A stretch of 63,236 nt of DNA. It comes from Erysipelotrichaceae bacterium (GTDB lineage: Bacteria > Bacillota_I > Bacilli_A > RFN20 > CAG-826). This document shows, piece after piece, positions 37,551 through 48,259 of the stretch. Position 1 is the first letter of the stretch. Each line of letters opens with the position of its first letter. Position numbers and translations under genes: made by a program. The DNA lies in NCBI GenBank assembly GCA_022777645.1, contig JALFFX010000005.1, positions 1 through 63,236 of the forward strand, read 5' to 3'. A model generated the notes under the pieces. It had not been told where the DNA came from. It saw only the letters and a list, made by a program, of their open reading frames with translations, and did not search any database.

Positions 37551-38903
37551 ATGTTAAATTACAAGCCATTTATTGGAGAATGCATCGATATTTCATTTGA
37601 AGGCAAAGGTGTTGTTAAAACACTCTTTGGCACTTGTTTTGTTGATGGTCTTTTTATTGGCGAAAAAGCGGAAATAAAAATTGAATATAAAAAAGCTGGT
37701 TCTTTCTTCGGTAGAGTAGTGAGATTAATCAATAAATCACCAAATAGAATTCAACCAAGATGTGGTGTTTGCACTGCCTGTGGTGGTTGTCAATTTCAAC
37801 AATTAAATTATCCTGCTCAACTCGATTATAAAACCAATAAAGTTATCGATGCATTTCGAAGACATAAAGTTTTATATAACGATATTTTGAGATGTATTGG
37901 TATGGATGATCCTTACAATTATCGCAATAAGATACAAGTGCCAATTGCAAGAGATCCTCATGGTCATATCGTTACTGGTTTTTATCGAAGTGGCACTCAT
38001 AAGATTATTCCGATTGATGAATGTCATATCGAAGATAAACGCGCTTCACATATCGTTAATGAATTTAAAAGACTTATCAAAGATTTTCGCCTTGAACCAT
38101 ATAATGAAGACAATCGAAGTGGCATATTCCGTCATATATTAATCCGCACTAGTTATCATTATGATGAAATTATGGTGACTCTTGTCACAAATGTTTTTGA
38201 ATTTAAAGGCAAAAATAATTTTATTAAAGAATTTGTCAAGCGCTGTCCTAATATAAAAACAATCGTGCAAAATATCAATCCAAGAGACACGAATGTGATA
38301 TTGGGTGAAAAAGAAAAGATTTTATATGGAAACGGAGTTATTAAAGACTCAATATTAGGAGTTGATTTTCTCATTTCCTCAAAATCATTTTTCCAAGTCA
38401 ATCCTATCCAAGTTGAAAAATTATATTCTTTAGCTATTGAAAACTCCGAAATCACAAAAGATGAAGATGTTTTTGATGCCTATTGCGGTATCGGAACAAT
38501 ATCATTGATTGCTTCTAAGAAAGTAAAATCAGTTATCGGTGTTGAAATTGTAAAAGAAGCCATTAAAGACGCAAAAAATAATGCGAAGATAAATAATATT
38601 AATAACGCCACATTTGTATGTGATGATGCTTCTAATGTCTTAACAGAATATGCGAATGAACATCGTCATTTTGACTGTGTATTTATCGATCCACCACGAA
38701 AAGGAGTGGATGAAAAATTTATTAATGCTTTAAAAACCGTAAAACCAAAAAAAGTTGTTTATATTTCGTGTGAACCTGAGACATTGGCAAGAGATTTATC
38801 ATTACTACAGGATGAATATGAAATAAAATACGTTCAGCCTGTTGATATGTTCCCGTTCACATTTCATGTTGAATCTGTTGTTTCACTTGAGTTAAAGGCG
38901 TAA
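37551..38903 (+). CDS. rlmD: 23S rRNA (uracil-5-)-methyltransferase, RumA/RlmD family
   Basis: TRAM N-terminus, Fe-S cysteines CGVCTACGGCQFQ, SAM motif DAYCGIGT, DPPRKG, catalytic YISCEP. Confidence 0.85.
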   Translation: MLNYKPFIGECIDISFEGKGVVKTLFGTCFVDGLFIGEKAEIKIEYKKAGSFFGRVVRLINKSPNRIQPRCGVCTACGGCQFQQLNYPAQLDYKTNKVIDAFRRHKVLYNDILRCIGMDDPYNYRNKIQVPIARDPHGHIVTGFYRSGTHKIIPIDECHIEDKRASHIVNEFKRLIKDFRLEPYNEDNRSGIFRHILIRTSYHYDEIMVTLVTNVFEFKGKNNFIKEFVKRCPNIKTIVQNINPRDTNVILGEKEKILYGNGVIKDSILGVDFLISSKSFFQVNPIQVEKLYSLAIENSEITKDEDVFDAYCGIGTISLIASKKVKSVIGVEIVKEAIKDAKNNAKINNINNATFVCDDASNVLTEYANEHRHFDCVFIDPPRKGVDEKFINALKTVKPKKVVYISCEPETLARDLSLLQDEYEIKYVQPVDMFPFTFHVESVVSLELKA

Positions 38904-39352
38904 AAAATACTAAAGTACAAAAAAATACCCCCATAACTTGTGTAATTATCTAAACTCAATTATTCAAACTTAGACAATAATTTCTATTCAATAATTAACA
39001 TAGAAAACTTACACACAAACATATAACAAAACCATAAATCTAACATTAAAAAACAAAATAAAATCTAATTAATTTTTATATCTTTTTTGTCTGGGCAATC
39101 TGCGAACGATGAGCGAGTTAAAACCGCCAGATAGTGGTGGGAGCATGTCACATAAATCCTGTTGAAAGTTTAAATAAAAATGTTAAAACGTACCTGAAAG
39201 TTTTGACATAATTTTAAAAAGTTTAAGGAGAAAAACAACATGATTAGATGAGATGAATACCTAGTAAAATTAAAAGAATCGTATGCCTAAAAGCTTTCCA
39301 TCCTACCGTTAAAATATAGTTCATGTTATCCTCCACACTAGGAGGATTTTTC

Positions 39353-39845
39353 ATGCAATGTAGGACATATTCTGCTGAATACAAGATGTCTATGATAAAC
39401 GAATATTTATCAAGAGATATTTCAATTCGCACATTGTCAAGATGGATGTCTTTCAGGCATACAATCAGAGAAGCATTAGCGTATGGTGATGAGCTTCTTA
39501 AAGCAGATCTAATGTCTGCTCTTAAAAAGAGAGCTGTTGGATATATGTCTACAACAAAGACTAGACTCATGCAGAGGGAAGGCGGAAGAGAGCGTTAAAA
39601 GAACCAAGAGGATGAGAAAGAATTTCCACCTGATGTTGATGCTATTAAATATATTCTTACAATAAAATTTGGTAGAGAATTCCATCCTAAGAAAGAAGAG
39701 TTAGCAATCATGAAAAAAAGCAGAGCCGGTTGTTTGGACGGATGTTAATGATGACGAACTTACTGAGGCTACTAAAATAATTAGAGAAGATCGTTACGAT
39801 AAAATTAAGCAGAGAACCAAAGAAATTAAAAGCAACAAGCAGTAA
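39353..39845 (+). pseudogene. Phage terminase small-subunit-like gene, decayed
   Basis: Good RBS GGAGG, then MQCRTYSAEYK...ISIRTLSRW...ALKKRAVGY. An in-frame TAA lies at 39596-39598. The same frame continues ...FPPDVDAIKYIL..., and a frame change follows before the ...DRYDKIKQRTKEIKSNKQ end. Confidence 0.5.
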
Positions 39846-39872
39846 TAATACTTATATTATAAAATAATATAT

Positions 39873-39897
39873 GCCCACCCCATGTGGGCTTTTCTTT
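39873..39897 (+). terminator. Rho-independent terminator
   Basis: GCCCAC-cccat-GTGGGC followed by TTTTCTTT. Confidence 0.7.
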
Positions 39898-40063
39898 ATA
39901 AATGTTTACAATATTGCTGGCCCAACCTCAAAAATACGGAAGGCTAGATTTTTAGCACTTTGAAATAAATTTTGAAAATATTAAAACAGCATTCGTTTCT
40001 TTGTCTTTTTATAGAAGAAAAGTGAACATAATGGTAAAATAATGTGCGATTGGGGTAGGGAAT

Positions 40064-41671
40064 ATGGCGAAGAAAGACTCAGGGGTTCTAAACCTAGATA
40101 ATATTTTATTTAATTGTAGAGACATCTTAAGAGCAGCGCGTAACTCTGGTTCATTTTTTGAAAAAAGAGACATGATGCTTACTTTGATTTTCTTAAGGTT
40201 TATCGGTGAAAAATATGATGATGGTATTGAAAAATTAAGAAGTCAATTAATTGAGCAAGGATTAGATCCTGATAATGAAGACATTAGAAAAGCATTCTTT
40301 GATGACGCTACTTTTACTGATGGCACATACAATCTTCCACCCGAAGCTAGATGGTCAACAATAATAAATACTCCTGCTCCTGAATTAAATGTAGCATTAG
40401 ATACAGCGTTACAGAGTATTTCTATGAATTCAAAGCAACTTAAAGGTTGTTTTATTGAAGGAACATTTACTACAAGAAATTTAGCAGCGAATGACATTAA
40501 AAAAATTGTTGATGAAGTTAACAAAATTAGTCACAAAGCTTTTGGAGAAGAAAAAGACCTAATAGGCCACGTCTATGAGTATTTCTTGAAGGAGTTTGCT
40601 GTGAACGCCACAAAAGAAGAGGGCGAATTCTATACTCCTCATGATGTTGTTAAATTAATTGCGACATTAGTAGAGCCATTCGATGGAACTTTATATGATC
40701 CAGCTTGTGGGTCTGGTGGTATGTTTATTCAAAGCGCAGATTTAGTAAAATCAAAGCAAGGAAATTTGAATAGTATAAATGTATATGGACAAGAAAAGGA
40801 ACCAGCTACATATCGTTTAGCCAAAATGAATTTGGCTTTAAGAGGCATAAGTCATAACCTTGGTGAAATGGCTGATTCGTCTTTTACCAATGATCAGCAC
40901 AAGGGTTTGATTTTTGATTATATAATGGCTAATCCTCCATTTAATTTAAAAAGTTGGTATGATGATAATTTAAAAAATGATGAACGATGGCAGGACTATG
41001 TTACTCCACCCGAGAGTAATGCTAACTATGCTTGGATATTACATATGCTTTATCACTTAAAACCATCTAATGGTGTTGCTGGGTTTTTATTGGCTAACGG
41101 AGCGTTAAATGATAGTGACACGATAGAAATTAGAAGAAAACTCATTGAAAACGATAAAGTAGAAGCAATTATTGTTTTACCTAGAGAATTATTTATTACA
41201 ACAGATATAAGTGTCACCTTATGGATTTTGAATCAAAATAAAAAAGGCGGATTATATCATGGCAGAGAGCAGAGAAATCGTGAACATGAAATTTTGTTTA
41301 TGGATTTGAGAACTTGGATTGATAATCCAGTAAAAAATGAAGCAAAAAAGAAATTTTTATTATCTGAAACACAAATACAAAAAGCCGCAGACATATATCA
41401 TAATTGGCAGAGCGTTAAAACAGATGGAAAAAATTATGAAATTCCTGAACTCTATAAGTCTGTTTCTATTAATGAAATCAGAGAGAAAAATTATACCCTC
41501 ATTCCTAGCAAATATATAAAGTTTGTAGATCATGACTTAGAAATTGATTACGAATTTGAAATGAAAAGAATACAAAAAGAATTTTCTGATATCTTATCGG
41601 CTGAAAAAGATTCACAAAGAATGCTAGAAGAAGCATTTAAAGGAATTGGCTATGAAATTAAAAAAAATTAA
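40064..41671 (+). CDS. hsdM: Type I R-M N6-adenine DNA methyltransferase subunit
   Basis: N-terminal HsdM_N-like region, motif I YDPACGSGGM, motif IV MANPPFN. Confidence 0.9.
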   Translation: MAKKDSGVLNLDNILFNCRDILRAARNSGSFFEKRDMMLTLIFLRFIGEKYDDGIEKLRSQLIEQGLDPDNEDIRKAFFDDATFTDGTYNLPPEARWSTIINTPAPELNVALDTALQSISMNSKQLKGCFIEGTFTTRNLAANDIKKIVDEVNKISHKAFGEEKDLIGHVYEYFLKEFAVNATKEEGEFYTPHDVVKLIATLVEPFDGTLYDPACGSGGMFIQSADLVKSKQGNLNSINVYGQEKEPATYRLAKMNLALRGISHNLGEMADSSFTNDQHKGLIFDYIMANPPFNLKSWYDDNLKNDERWQDYVTPPESNANYAWILHMLYHLKPSNGVAGFLLANGALNDSDTIEIRRKLIENDKVEAIIVLPRELFITTDISVTLWILNQNKKGGLYHGREQRNREHEILFMDLRTWIDNPVKNEAKKKFLLSETQIQKAADIYHNWQSVKTDGKNYEIPELYKSVSINEIREKNYTLIPSKYIKFVDHDLEIDYEFEMKRIQKEFSDILSAEKDSQRMLEEAFKGIGYEIKKN

Positions 41672-42764
41672 ACTCGGAGATTATATTAGACAAGTAAATG
41701 TTAGGAATTCTGATAACGCAGTAAAAAACGTTAAAGGGGTTAGCGTATATAAGACGTTCAGAGATCCGACATCGAAAGTAAATAAAGAAGAACTTAAAGG
41801 ATACAAAGTAGTTGATTGCAATCAGTTTTCATCTGTACCAACTACACACAATGAAAAGTGTTTTGCTTTTGCTTTTAATGATACTGGTAAAAAAATTGTC
41901 GTGACTTCTATTAATTATGTTTTTGAAGTTGTTGATAAGAATTTATTAAATCCAATTTGGCTAAAAATGTATTTTTCATCAAAGGAATTTGACAGATATG
42001 CTAGATTTAATTCATGGGGTTCTGCACGTGAAGTATTTTCGTGGGATGAAATTTGTAGTGTTGAAATAGATTTACCGGATATAGTAATTCAGAACAAATA
42101 TGTTGAACTTTATTCTGCTATTACAAAAAATTTAGAAAATTATTGTCGCGGTTTAGATGATTTAAAATTAGTTTGCGATGCTTTTATCGAAAATTTGCGA
42201 AGAAATTATAAGTGCGAAAAAATTGGATCTTTCATTAAAGAAGAAACATCTAGAAATAAAAATCTTTTAGTAACAAACGTTCAGGGTGTCAATAGCAGTA
42301 GTTCATTTTGCGAAACAAAAGCTGATACAAACGGATTAGATTTTAGTAATTATAAAGTTGTTAAGAAGGACCAGTTTGCATACAATCCTTCTAGAATTAA
42401 TTTAGGATCTATTGCTTTATACGATAAAAGCGATGATTGTATTATTTCTCCAATGTATGTTGTTTTTTCAGTATTAGATCAATCAAAATTATTACCAGAA
42501 TACCTGATGCTTTGGTTGCTTAGAGATGAGTTTTTACGAAGCACGCTTTTTTATGCGGTTGGCTCGGTTAGAGATACTTTTGATTTCGATTTAATGAAGG
42601 AAGTAGAAATTCCAATACCTGATGTTGAAATTCAAAAATCAATCGTAAACATTTTTAGAGTTTTTAATGAGAGAAAAAATATTAAAATGACATTGGAAGA
42701 AAAAATAAAAGATATTTGTCCGATACTTATTCGATGTTCTGTCGAAGAAGGCAGGAGGTCTTGA
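41652..42764 (+). CDS. hsdS: Type I R-M specificity subunit
   Basis: Two TRD-like halves with conserved spacer helices. Overlaps hsdM by 20 nt and ends 2 nt before hsdR. Confidence 0.8.
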   Translation: MKLKKIKLGDYIRQVNVRNSDNAVKNVKGVSVYKTFRDPTSKVNKEELKGYKVVDCNQFSSVPTTHNEKCFAFAFNDTGKKIVVTSINYVFEVVDKNLLNPIWLKMYFSSKEFDRYARFNSWGSAREVFSWDEICSVEIDLPDIVIQNKYVELYSAITKNLENYCRGLDDLKLVCDAFIENLRRNYKCEKIGSFIKEETSRNKNLLVTNVQGVNSSSSFCETKADTNGLDFSNYKVVKKDQFAYNPSRINLGSIALYDKSDDCIISPMYVVFSVLDQSKLLPEYLMLWLLRDEFLRSTLFYAVGSVRDTFDFDLMKEVEIPIPDVEIQKSIVNIFRVFNERKNIKMTLEEKIKDICPILIRCSVEEGRRS

Positions 42765-42766
42765 TT

Positions 42767-45700
42767 ATGGCAAAGCTAACTGAATTTAATGGTCATTTTT
42801 GTGAATTTGAATATGAGTATGCTTTTATAAGTTTTCTTGAAAATGAAGGCTGGACATATTTGTCGGGCACTTCTATTGACAGAACTACCAAAAGAGAAGT
42901 TCTTCATAAAGAAGATCTAATCTCTTTTTTACGAAAAGAAAACAACGATTTAAAAGAATCAGAAATCAACTCAATTGTTAATAAAATAGGTTTAGCTGGT
43001 GCTGATACAGATTTCGCTACGTTGCATATGGTTTATGGGTGGCTAGTAAATGGAATTCAGTTTAAACCTGAGGGAAAACTTGCAAGAATGGTTAAACTAA
43101 TAGATTTTGACTGCCCTGAAAACAACCATTTTAAAGTCGTTAATCAATTAGCAGTTGAATATATAAATAATGGTAAGGTTGAAAATAGAAGACCTGATGT
43201 TCTTTTATATATAAACGGTATACCTTTATGTTGCATTGAATTAAAGAATCCTGCAGATGCTTCTGCCAAAATTATTGATGCTTGGGAGCAAATAACAATT
43301 AGATATTGGAGAGACATCCCCCATCTATTACATTATTGTCCTCTGGCCTGTATTTCAGATGGAGTCAAAACAAGATTAGGAACCGTTAAAACTCCTTATG
43401 AACATTTCTATGCTTGGCGTAAGGTAAATAATGAAGATAAGTTATCTACCATTCCTTTTGAAGAAACTAAAAATATGATTAAAGGCGTTTATTCACCTTC
43501 TAGATTCTTGGAAATTTTTAGAGATTATATTTATTTTCAAGATACAAATTATGATAACGAAGAATTAGAAATTGTTTGCCGTTATCCTCAGTTCTTTGCT
43601 GCAAGATTATTGAAAGAAAGCATCTCCAAATCAATAAAAGAAAAAACTGGTAAGGGTGGCACATATTTTGGTGCTACCGGTTGTGGCAAAACTTTTACTA
43701 TGGCTTTTTTAGCGAGACAATTAGCTCTTCGTTGCACCGATGTTCCTGAGATTGGATCACCAACTATTGTTATGATTGTTGATAGAGATGAATTACAATC
43801 TCAAGGCGCAAAATTATTTACTAAGAGCAAAGAATTTCTTAATTTGGGCGAAGTTTCTATTGTTAAGAGTAGAAACCACTTAAGACAAGAATTAGGGGCC
43901 AGACAAAGTGGTGGTTTCTATATTTGCACTATACAAAAATTCTGTGATAGAGAAGATGACAAAATCGGTTTAATTAATGATAGACAAAACATAATTTGTT
44001 TTTCTGATGAAGCACATAGAACTCAAATTGAAAGATCTAAAAAACTTCAATTTAGTGAAGATGCTGATAAAAACATGGTTGCAATGGTATCCAAACCATA
44101 TGCCAAAGTTCTTAAAGAAGCTTTCCCTAATGCTACTTTTGTCGGCTTCACAGGAACACCAATTGCTGAAACATATCAGACTTTTGGTGCCGAAATTGAT
44201 AGATATACAATGGACCAAGCTGTTGCTGATGGATTAACGGTTTCTATTAAATATCATCCGCGTATCGCTAAGGTTTTGCTTGATAAAGAAAAAGTTAAAT
44301 TAATCGAAGAATATTATAAAAAGTGTGCAGATGAAGGCGCTACTAAAGAAGACATTGAAGCCAGTAAAAAAGCAATGAGCTCAATGGAAGTTATTTTAGG
44401 TGAGCCACAAAGATTAGAAAGATTGGCAACCGATATTCATGATCACTATGTTGAGTCATGTGAAAAAGATCCTAACAGGATTCAAAAAGCAATGATTGTC
44501 TGTTCTAGTAGACCTATTGCTTTTGCTTTATTAGAAAAATTTAGAAGTAAATATCCTGAATGGTTTGTAGAAAAGAAAGTGCCAGACGGAACTGAAATTT
44601 CTAAAAAAGAGTTAAATAAATTAAAAGCAATGCCGTTTATGGCTATGGTTGCCAGCGTTGGGAAGAACGATCCTGAGAAGATGTATAACTATTTAGGCGG
44701 TGCTGCAAACGATACTCGCTGTAGCGATCTTGATGCTGCATTTAAACAAGAAAAGTCTAATTTTAGGATCGTTATTGTTGTTGATATGTGGATCACAGGT
44801 TTTGACGTTCCAACATTGACATATATGTATAACGATAAACCACTACAAAAACATCAATTAATTCAAACAATTAGCCGTGTAAATAGAAAGTATCCAGGAA
44901 AAGAATATGGAATGGTTATTGATTATATTGGTATTAGACATAACATGAGGACTGCGCTTAAGACATATGGTGGAGATTCTACAATTGCTCCAACAGATGA
45001 CGATGTCCAGCAAGCTAAAAACGCATTTAAGGATGAATTAGAAATTCTTAAACGTTTATTTAAAGATTATGACTTGGAGCCTTTCTTAGATCCTAATTGC
45101 AATCCAGCCACTAGATATGAATTATTGGCAAAGGCTGCAGAGTTTGTATTTGAATCAACAGAGCAGCTAAAATCTGAAGCTAAAAATAAGGACGGCTCGC
45201 AAACAGTATCATTCAAAACTTACTTTTTGCGTACCGTAAGACGTTTAAGAGCTGCTTATGATATTTGCCAACCTTCTGGTGAGCTTTCTGAAAAAGACTC
45301 CGCATTAGCGCAATGCATGATGGCTATTGCCGGATTTGTCCGCAAGATGAGTGGCACCGGTAATATCGATCCTGAAACAATGAACAAAAATGTTCAAACA
45401 ATGGTGGAAGAAGCTCTTAAATATAGTAAGGTTGAAAGTATATTAGATAATGGCGAAGAGGAAGATATCTTTAGCCCAGAGTTCTTTGAGAAATTATCTG
45501 ATATTAAAATGCCTGCAACCAAGCTAGAAATATTGGTTAAACTTCTTAAAAAGAAAATTAAAGAATATCTAAAAGTTAATCAAGTTGCCGCTAAGAAATT
45601 TGAAGAAATGCTAGAAGCAACAATTAAAGAGTACCATGAGAGACGTAAGCATTTGTCTCAAGAAGAGGCTGGAGAAGCCCAAGAAAAAGCTTCTGAAGAT

Positions 45701-46096
45701 ATTATTAAGAATGCAACTGAACAGGCCCTTAATATTTTAAAAGGACTACAAGAAAGCAAAGAAAGTTTCAGAAAGCTAGGGTTAACTTTTGAAGAAAAAG
45801 CTTTCTACGATATTTTGGTCTCATTAAGAGACCAATATAACTTTGTTTTTGGTACTGATAAAACTGTTGATGGAATCGTTATTAATGATAAATGCAAAGA
45901 GTTAGCCAAAAAGGTAAAAGAAATCATTGATACTAAATCTTCTTTTGCAGATTGGCTAAATAACCAAAATGTTCGCAATCAATTAAAGCTCGATATAAAG
46001 ATTTGCTTAGTAAAAAATGGGTACCCTCCACAATATAGTCCAGAAGTTTTTAGCAAGGTTATGGAACAAGTTGAAAATTTTGAAGAAAACAATTAA
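42767..46096 (+). CDS. hsdR: Type I R-M restriction endonuclease/helicase subunit
   Basis: N-terminal PD-(D/E)xK region (RPDVLLYINGIPLCCIELK), GATGCGKTFT, FSDEAHRTQ, and C-terminal helical domains. RBS GGAGG. Confidence 0.9.
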   Translation: MAKLTEFNGHFCEFEYEYAFISFLENEGWTYLSGTSIDRTTKREVLHKEDLISFLRKENNDLKESEINSIVNKIGLAGADTDFATLHMVYGWLVNGIQFKPEGKLARMVKLIDFDCPENNHFKVVNQLAVEYINNGKVENRRPDVLLYINGIPLCCIELKNPADASAKIIDAWEQITIRYWRDIPHLLHYCPLACISDGVKTRLGTVKTPYEHFYAWRKVNNEDKLSTIPFEETKNMIKGVYSPSRFLEIFRDYIYFQDTNYDNEELEIVCRYPQFFAARLLKESISKSIKEKTGKGGTYFGATGCGKTFTMAFLARQLALRCTDVPEIGSPTIVMIVDRDELQSQGAKLFTKSKEFLNLGEVSIVKSRNHLRQELGARQSGGFYICTIQKFCDREDDKIGLINDRQNIICFSDEAHRTQIERSKKLQFSEDADKNMVAMVSKPYAKVLKEAFPNATFVGFTGTPIAETYQTFGAEIDRYTMDQAVADGLTVSIKYHPRIAKVLLDKEKVKLIEEYYKKCADEGATKEDIEASKKAMSSMEVILGEPQRLERLATDIHDHYVESCEKDPNRIQKAMIVCSSRPIAFALLEKFRSKYPEWFVEKKVPDGTEISKKELNKLKAMPFMAMVASVGKNDPEKMYNYLGGAANDTRCSDLDAAFKQEKSNFRIVIVVDMWITGFDVPTLTYMYNDKPLQKHQLIQTISRVNRKYPGKEYGMVIDYIGIRHNMRTALKTYGGDSTIAPTDDDVQQAKNAFKDELEILKRLFKDYDLEPFLDPNCNPATRYELLAKAAEFVFESTEQLKSEAKNKDGSQTVSFKTYFLRTVRRLRAAYDICQPSGELSEKDSALAQCMMAIAGFVRKMSGTGNIDPETMNKNVQTMVEEALKYSKVESILDNGEEEDIFSPEFFEKLSDIKMPATKLEILVKLLKKKIKEYLKVNQVAAKKFEEMLEATIKEYHERRKHLSQEEAGEAQEKASEDIIKNATEQALNILKGLQESKESFRKLGLTFEEKAFYDILVSLRDQYNFVFGTDKTVDGIVINDKCKELAKKVKEIIDTKSSFADWLNNQNVRNQLKLDIKICLVKNGYPPQYSPEVFSKVMEQVENFEENN

Positions 46097-46102
46097 TTTT
46101 TC

Positions 46103-47014
46103 ATGAATGAAGAAGGCTTAAAAGTCTGCAATGAACTAGCAGATGCTCTAAACAAAAAAGATAAAGATAGAATTTTCAAAGCAAAATACGATTTTCTTTA
46201 TTTCGGAAGTAGTATTTTAGATGTTGTTATTAATTATTTGGTGCTATGTGAAAACAAAATTGATATTGAATTTGGTAGCAAAATAATCAAAAAAGGAAGT
46301 AAGTTATATCGAATAAGACGGTTTTCAGATAGAACGGATTTTGACGATCCAAATGAATGGAAATACCCTCCATCGATGCCTGAAAATAGAGCAAACAAAG
46401 AAGGGGAACCAGCTTTATATTTAGGAACAACCGAGAATGTGTGTCTTTTAGAAACCCATATTAAAAAAGACGAGAAATATGTGCTTGGTGAATATGAAGT
46501 AATTGAAGATATTAAAGTTGGTGGCTTTTTGGCCTGTGAAGATATTAATTATGTATATTCATATTTATCAGGCGTCATACTAAATGCGTTTTTAATAGCT
46601 CCTTCTAGAAATGAGAAAAATACAAAAATATTTGAATATCTAGATAATATTTATGGTGATATCCAACTGTCTGATTTAACCATCAAAATTGCAAAGGATA
46701 TTGATTTGCCATTAAAGTTTGGCGTTTTGAATAAAAAAGATCTTTATTACAAAACAACAAACAAATTAATTAGTAAGATAAAAGAAAAATATCCAGAGGG
46801 TTTAAGCTATAGTTCATGTTACATTCCTATGTCTACAATTTATATTGAATGCTCTGATAGCAATCTTGTTTTATATGAAGCCGGAATGGAAAAAGTAAAA
46901 TTTGTTAAATCTATAATAAAGAATAATACAACCAAGTTTACTGATTTAGATTTTTACAAAATTCTAATAGAAACGAAGAATAAAAATTTTGAGAAAAAAG
47001 ATGAAAATATATAA
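46103..47014 (+). CDS. RES-domain protein (putative NAD+-targeting toxin)
   Basis: LYRIRR ... ENRANKEGEPALYLGTTENVCLLE ... GLSYSS...NLVLYE matches the R-E-S signature order. Starts 6 nt after the hsdR stop. Confidence 0.6.
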   Translation: MNEEGLKVCNELADALNKKDKDRIFKAKYDFLYFGSSILDVVINYLVLCENKIDIEFGSKIIKKGSKLYRIRRFSDRTDFDDPNEWKYPPSMPENRANKEGEPALYLGTTENVCLLETHIKKDEKYVLGEYEVIEDIKVGGFLACEDINYVYSYLSGVILNAFLIAPSRNEKNTKIFEYLDNIYGDIQLSDLTIKIAKDIDLPLKFGVLNKKDLYYKTTNKLISKIKEKYPEGLSYSSCYIPMSTIYIECSDSNLVLYEAGMEKVKFVKSIIKNNTTKFTDLDFYKILIETKNKNFEKKDENI

Positions 47015-47951
47015 ATATTCAAATTTAGAATCTGCAAGAAAGATCATTGAACAAGAAAGAGTTCTTTTAAACTCGCCTTATAACTTCAAAGATATTGCAG
47101 ATTCATTAATTAGCATTTCTAAAAAAGCAGAAAGAAAAACTATAAAGTTAATTGAGAATTATGGAATGTTTAAGTTTCTCTATGATTTTGTTTATTCTTT
47201 AGATCTGACTAGACCATTCAAAGGTAAAGGACTAATTAAATGGATAAGATGGGAAATATCTATTTATTTAAAAACTCTTTCTTTAGAAAAGGTTTATAGC
47301 CCGATGAAGTTTTTGGATTTTATATATTGGTTATTAAAAAAGAAACTTCCTAAGATAGAAGAAATAACTAAAGATGCTGAATATTTATATTCACACAAAA
47401 CTATTCCAAACATAGTTGCGTTGAGAAAGAAGGCGCGAATTTCTTGCTTCAGCAAAACGTCAGACAATTTATATTGTTGGAACGAACACGCTAACGGTCA
47501 TAATGGTGTTTGTATTGAATTTGAAGAAGACAGAAAATTCTTTAAGGAAGTTGAATATATAAAGAAAAACGAAGAAATGGATATTTACAATTCAACTGCC
47601 AAAATACTCGCATATAATGTTTTAAATCAAGAATTAACATATCAAGAAAAAGAATTTGCAGATACTATGTTAAGACCATTTTTTGTAAAAAATATCTCAT
47701 ATAAACCAGAGGATGAAATTAGATGCCTTTTATCAGATAAAGAATCAGAGAAGATTGGTTATGAAATCGAAGGCGACAAAACATTTTTAAAGATGAAGAT
47801 TTCTAGAGTTTTCATTGGCTGCAGGATTCCAAACAGCAACGAGCTTCTAGAGTTTCTTAGATTGTGTGAGAAAAAGAATATTCCAATTAGTTATGTTAAT
47901 TTCGATGCAACAAATAAACGCATAGTTCCTGTAACAATTAATGCTGAATAG
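47001..47951 (+). CDS. DUF2971-family protein
   Basis: ARISCFSKTSDNLYCWNEHANGHNGVCIEFE is the DUF2971 hallmark. Its ATG overlaps the RES gene by 14 nt. Confidence 0.6.
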   Translation: MKIYKYSNLESARKIIEQERVLLNSPYNFKDIADSLISISKKAERKTIKLIENYGMFKFLYDFVYSLDLTRPFKGKGLIKWIRWEISIYLKTLSLEKVYSPMKFLDFIYWLLKKKLPKIEEITKDAEYLYSHKTIPNIVALRKKARISCFSKTSDNLYCWNEHANGHNGVCIEFEEDRKFFKEVEYIKKNEEMDIYNSTAKILAYNVLNQELTYQEKEFADTMLRPFFVKNISYKPEDEIRCLLSDKESEKIGYEIEGDKTFLKMKISRVFIGCRIPNSNELLEFLRLCEKKNIPISYVNFDATNKRIVPVTINAE

Positions 47952-48259
47952 AATGAGATTGTCTACGAAGTGATTTTCTTTTGTCACTAAACATAGCAGG
48001 TACAATCATTAACACGTGCTTAACGTACACGTAGCACCAGCCACAAGATAAGGGGTTATAAAATTCCTTAAAAAGGTAACATGTAGTTAACGAAATGTCT
48101 ATTGAAACTGACAAAAAAGCATAAACGTTTTGTAACGATATAATCGACAAAAGCCTCAGCAGTGATAAAAATGTCGATTTTACCTTTTAAACTTTTTAAT
48201 AATGTGTGTATAATAGACTTGACAAAAATCTCAGTACTGAGAGAAACGGCAGGTCTATC

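Noticed and set aside
39091-39215. A locally GC-richer patch, examined as a possible tRNA fragment, att site or small RNA.
   Set aside because: There is no cloverleaf-compatible arms or T-loop motif, no open frame in any of the six frames, and no flanking terminator.
39244-39570. A 108-aa minus-strand ORF.
   Set aside because: It is antisense to the terminase-like reading frame, which has a good RBS and recognisable motifs.
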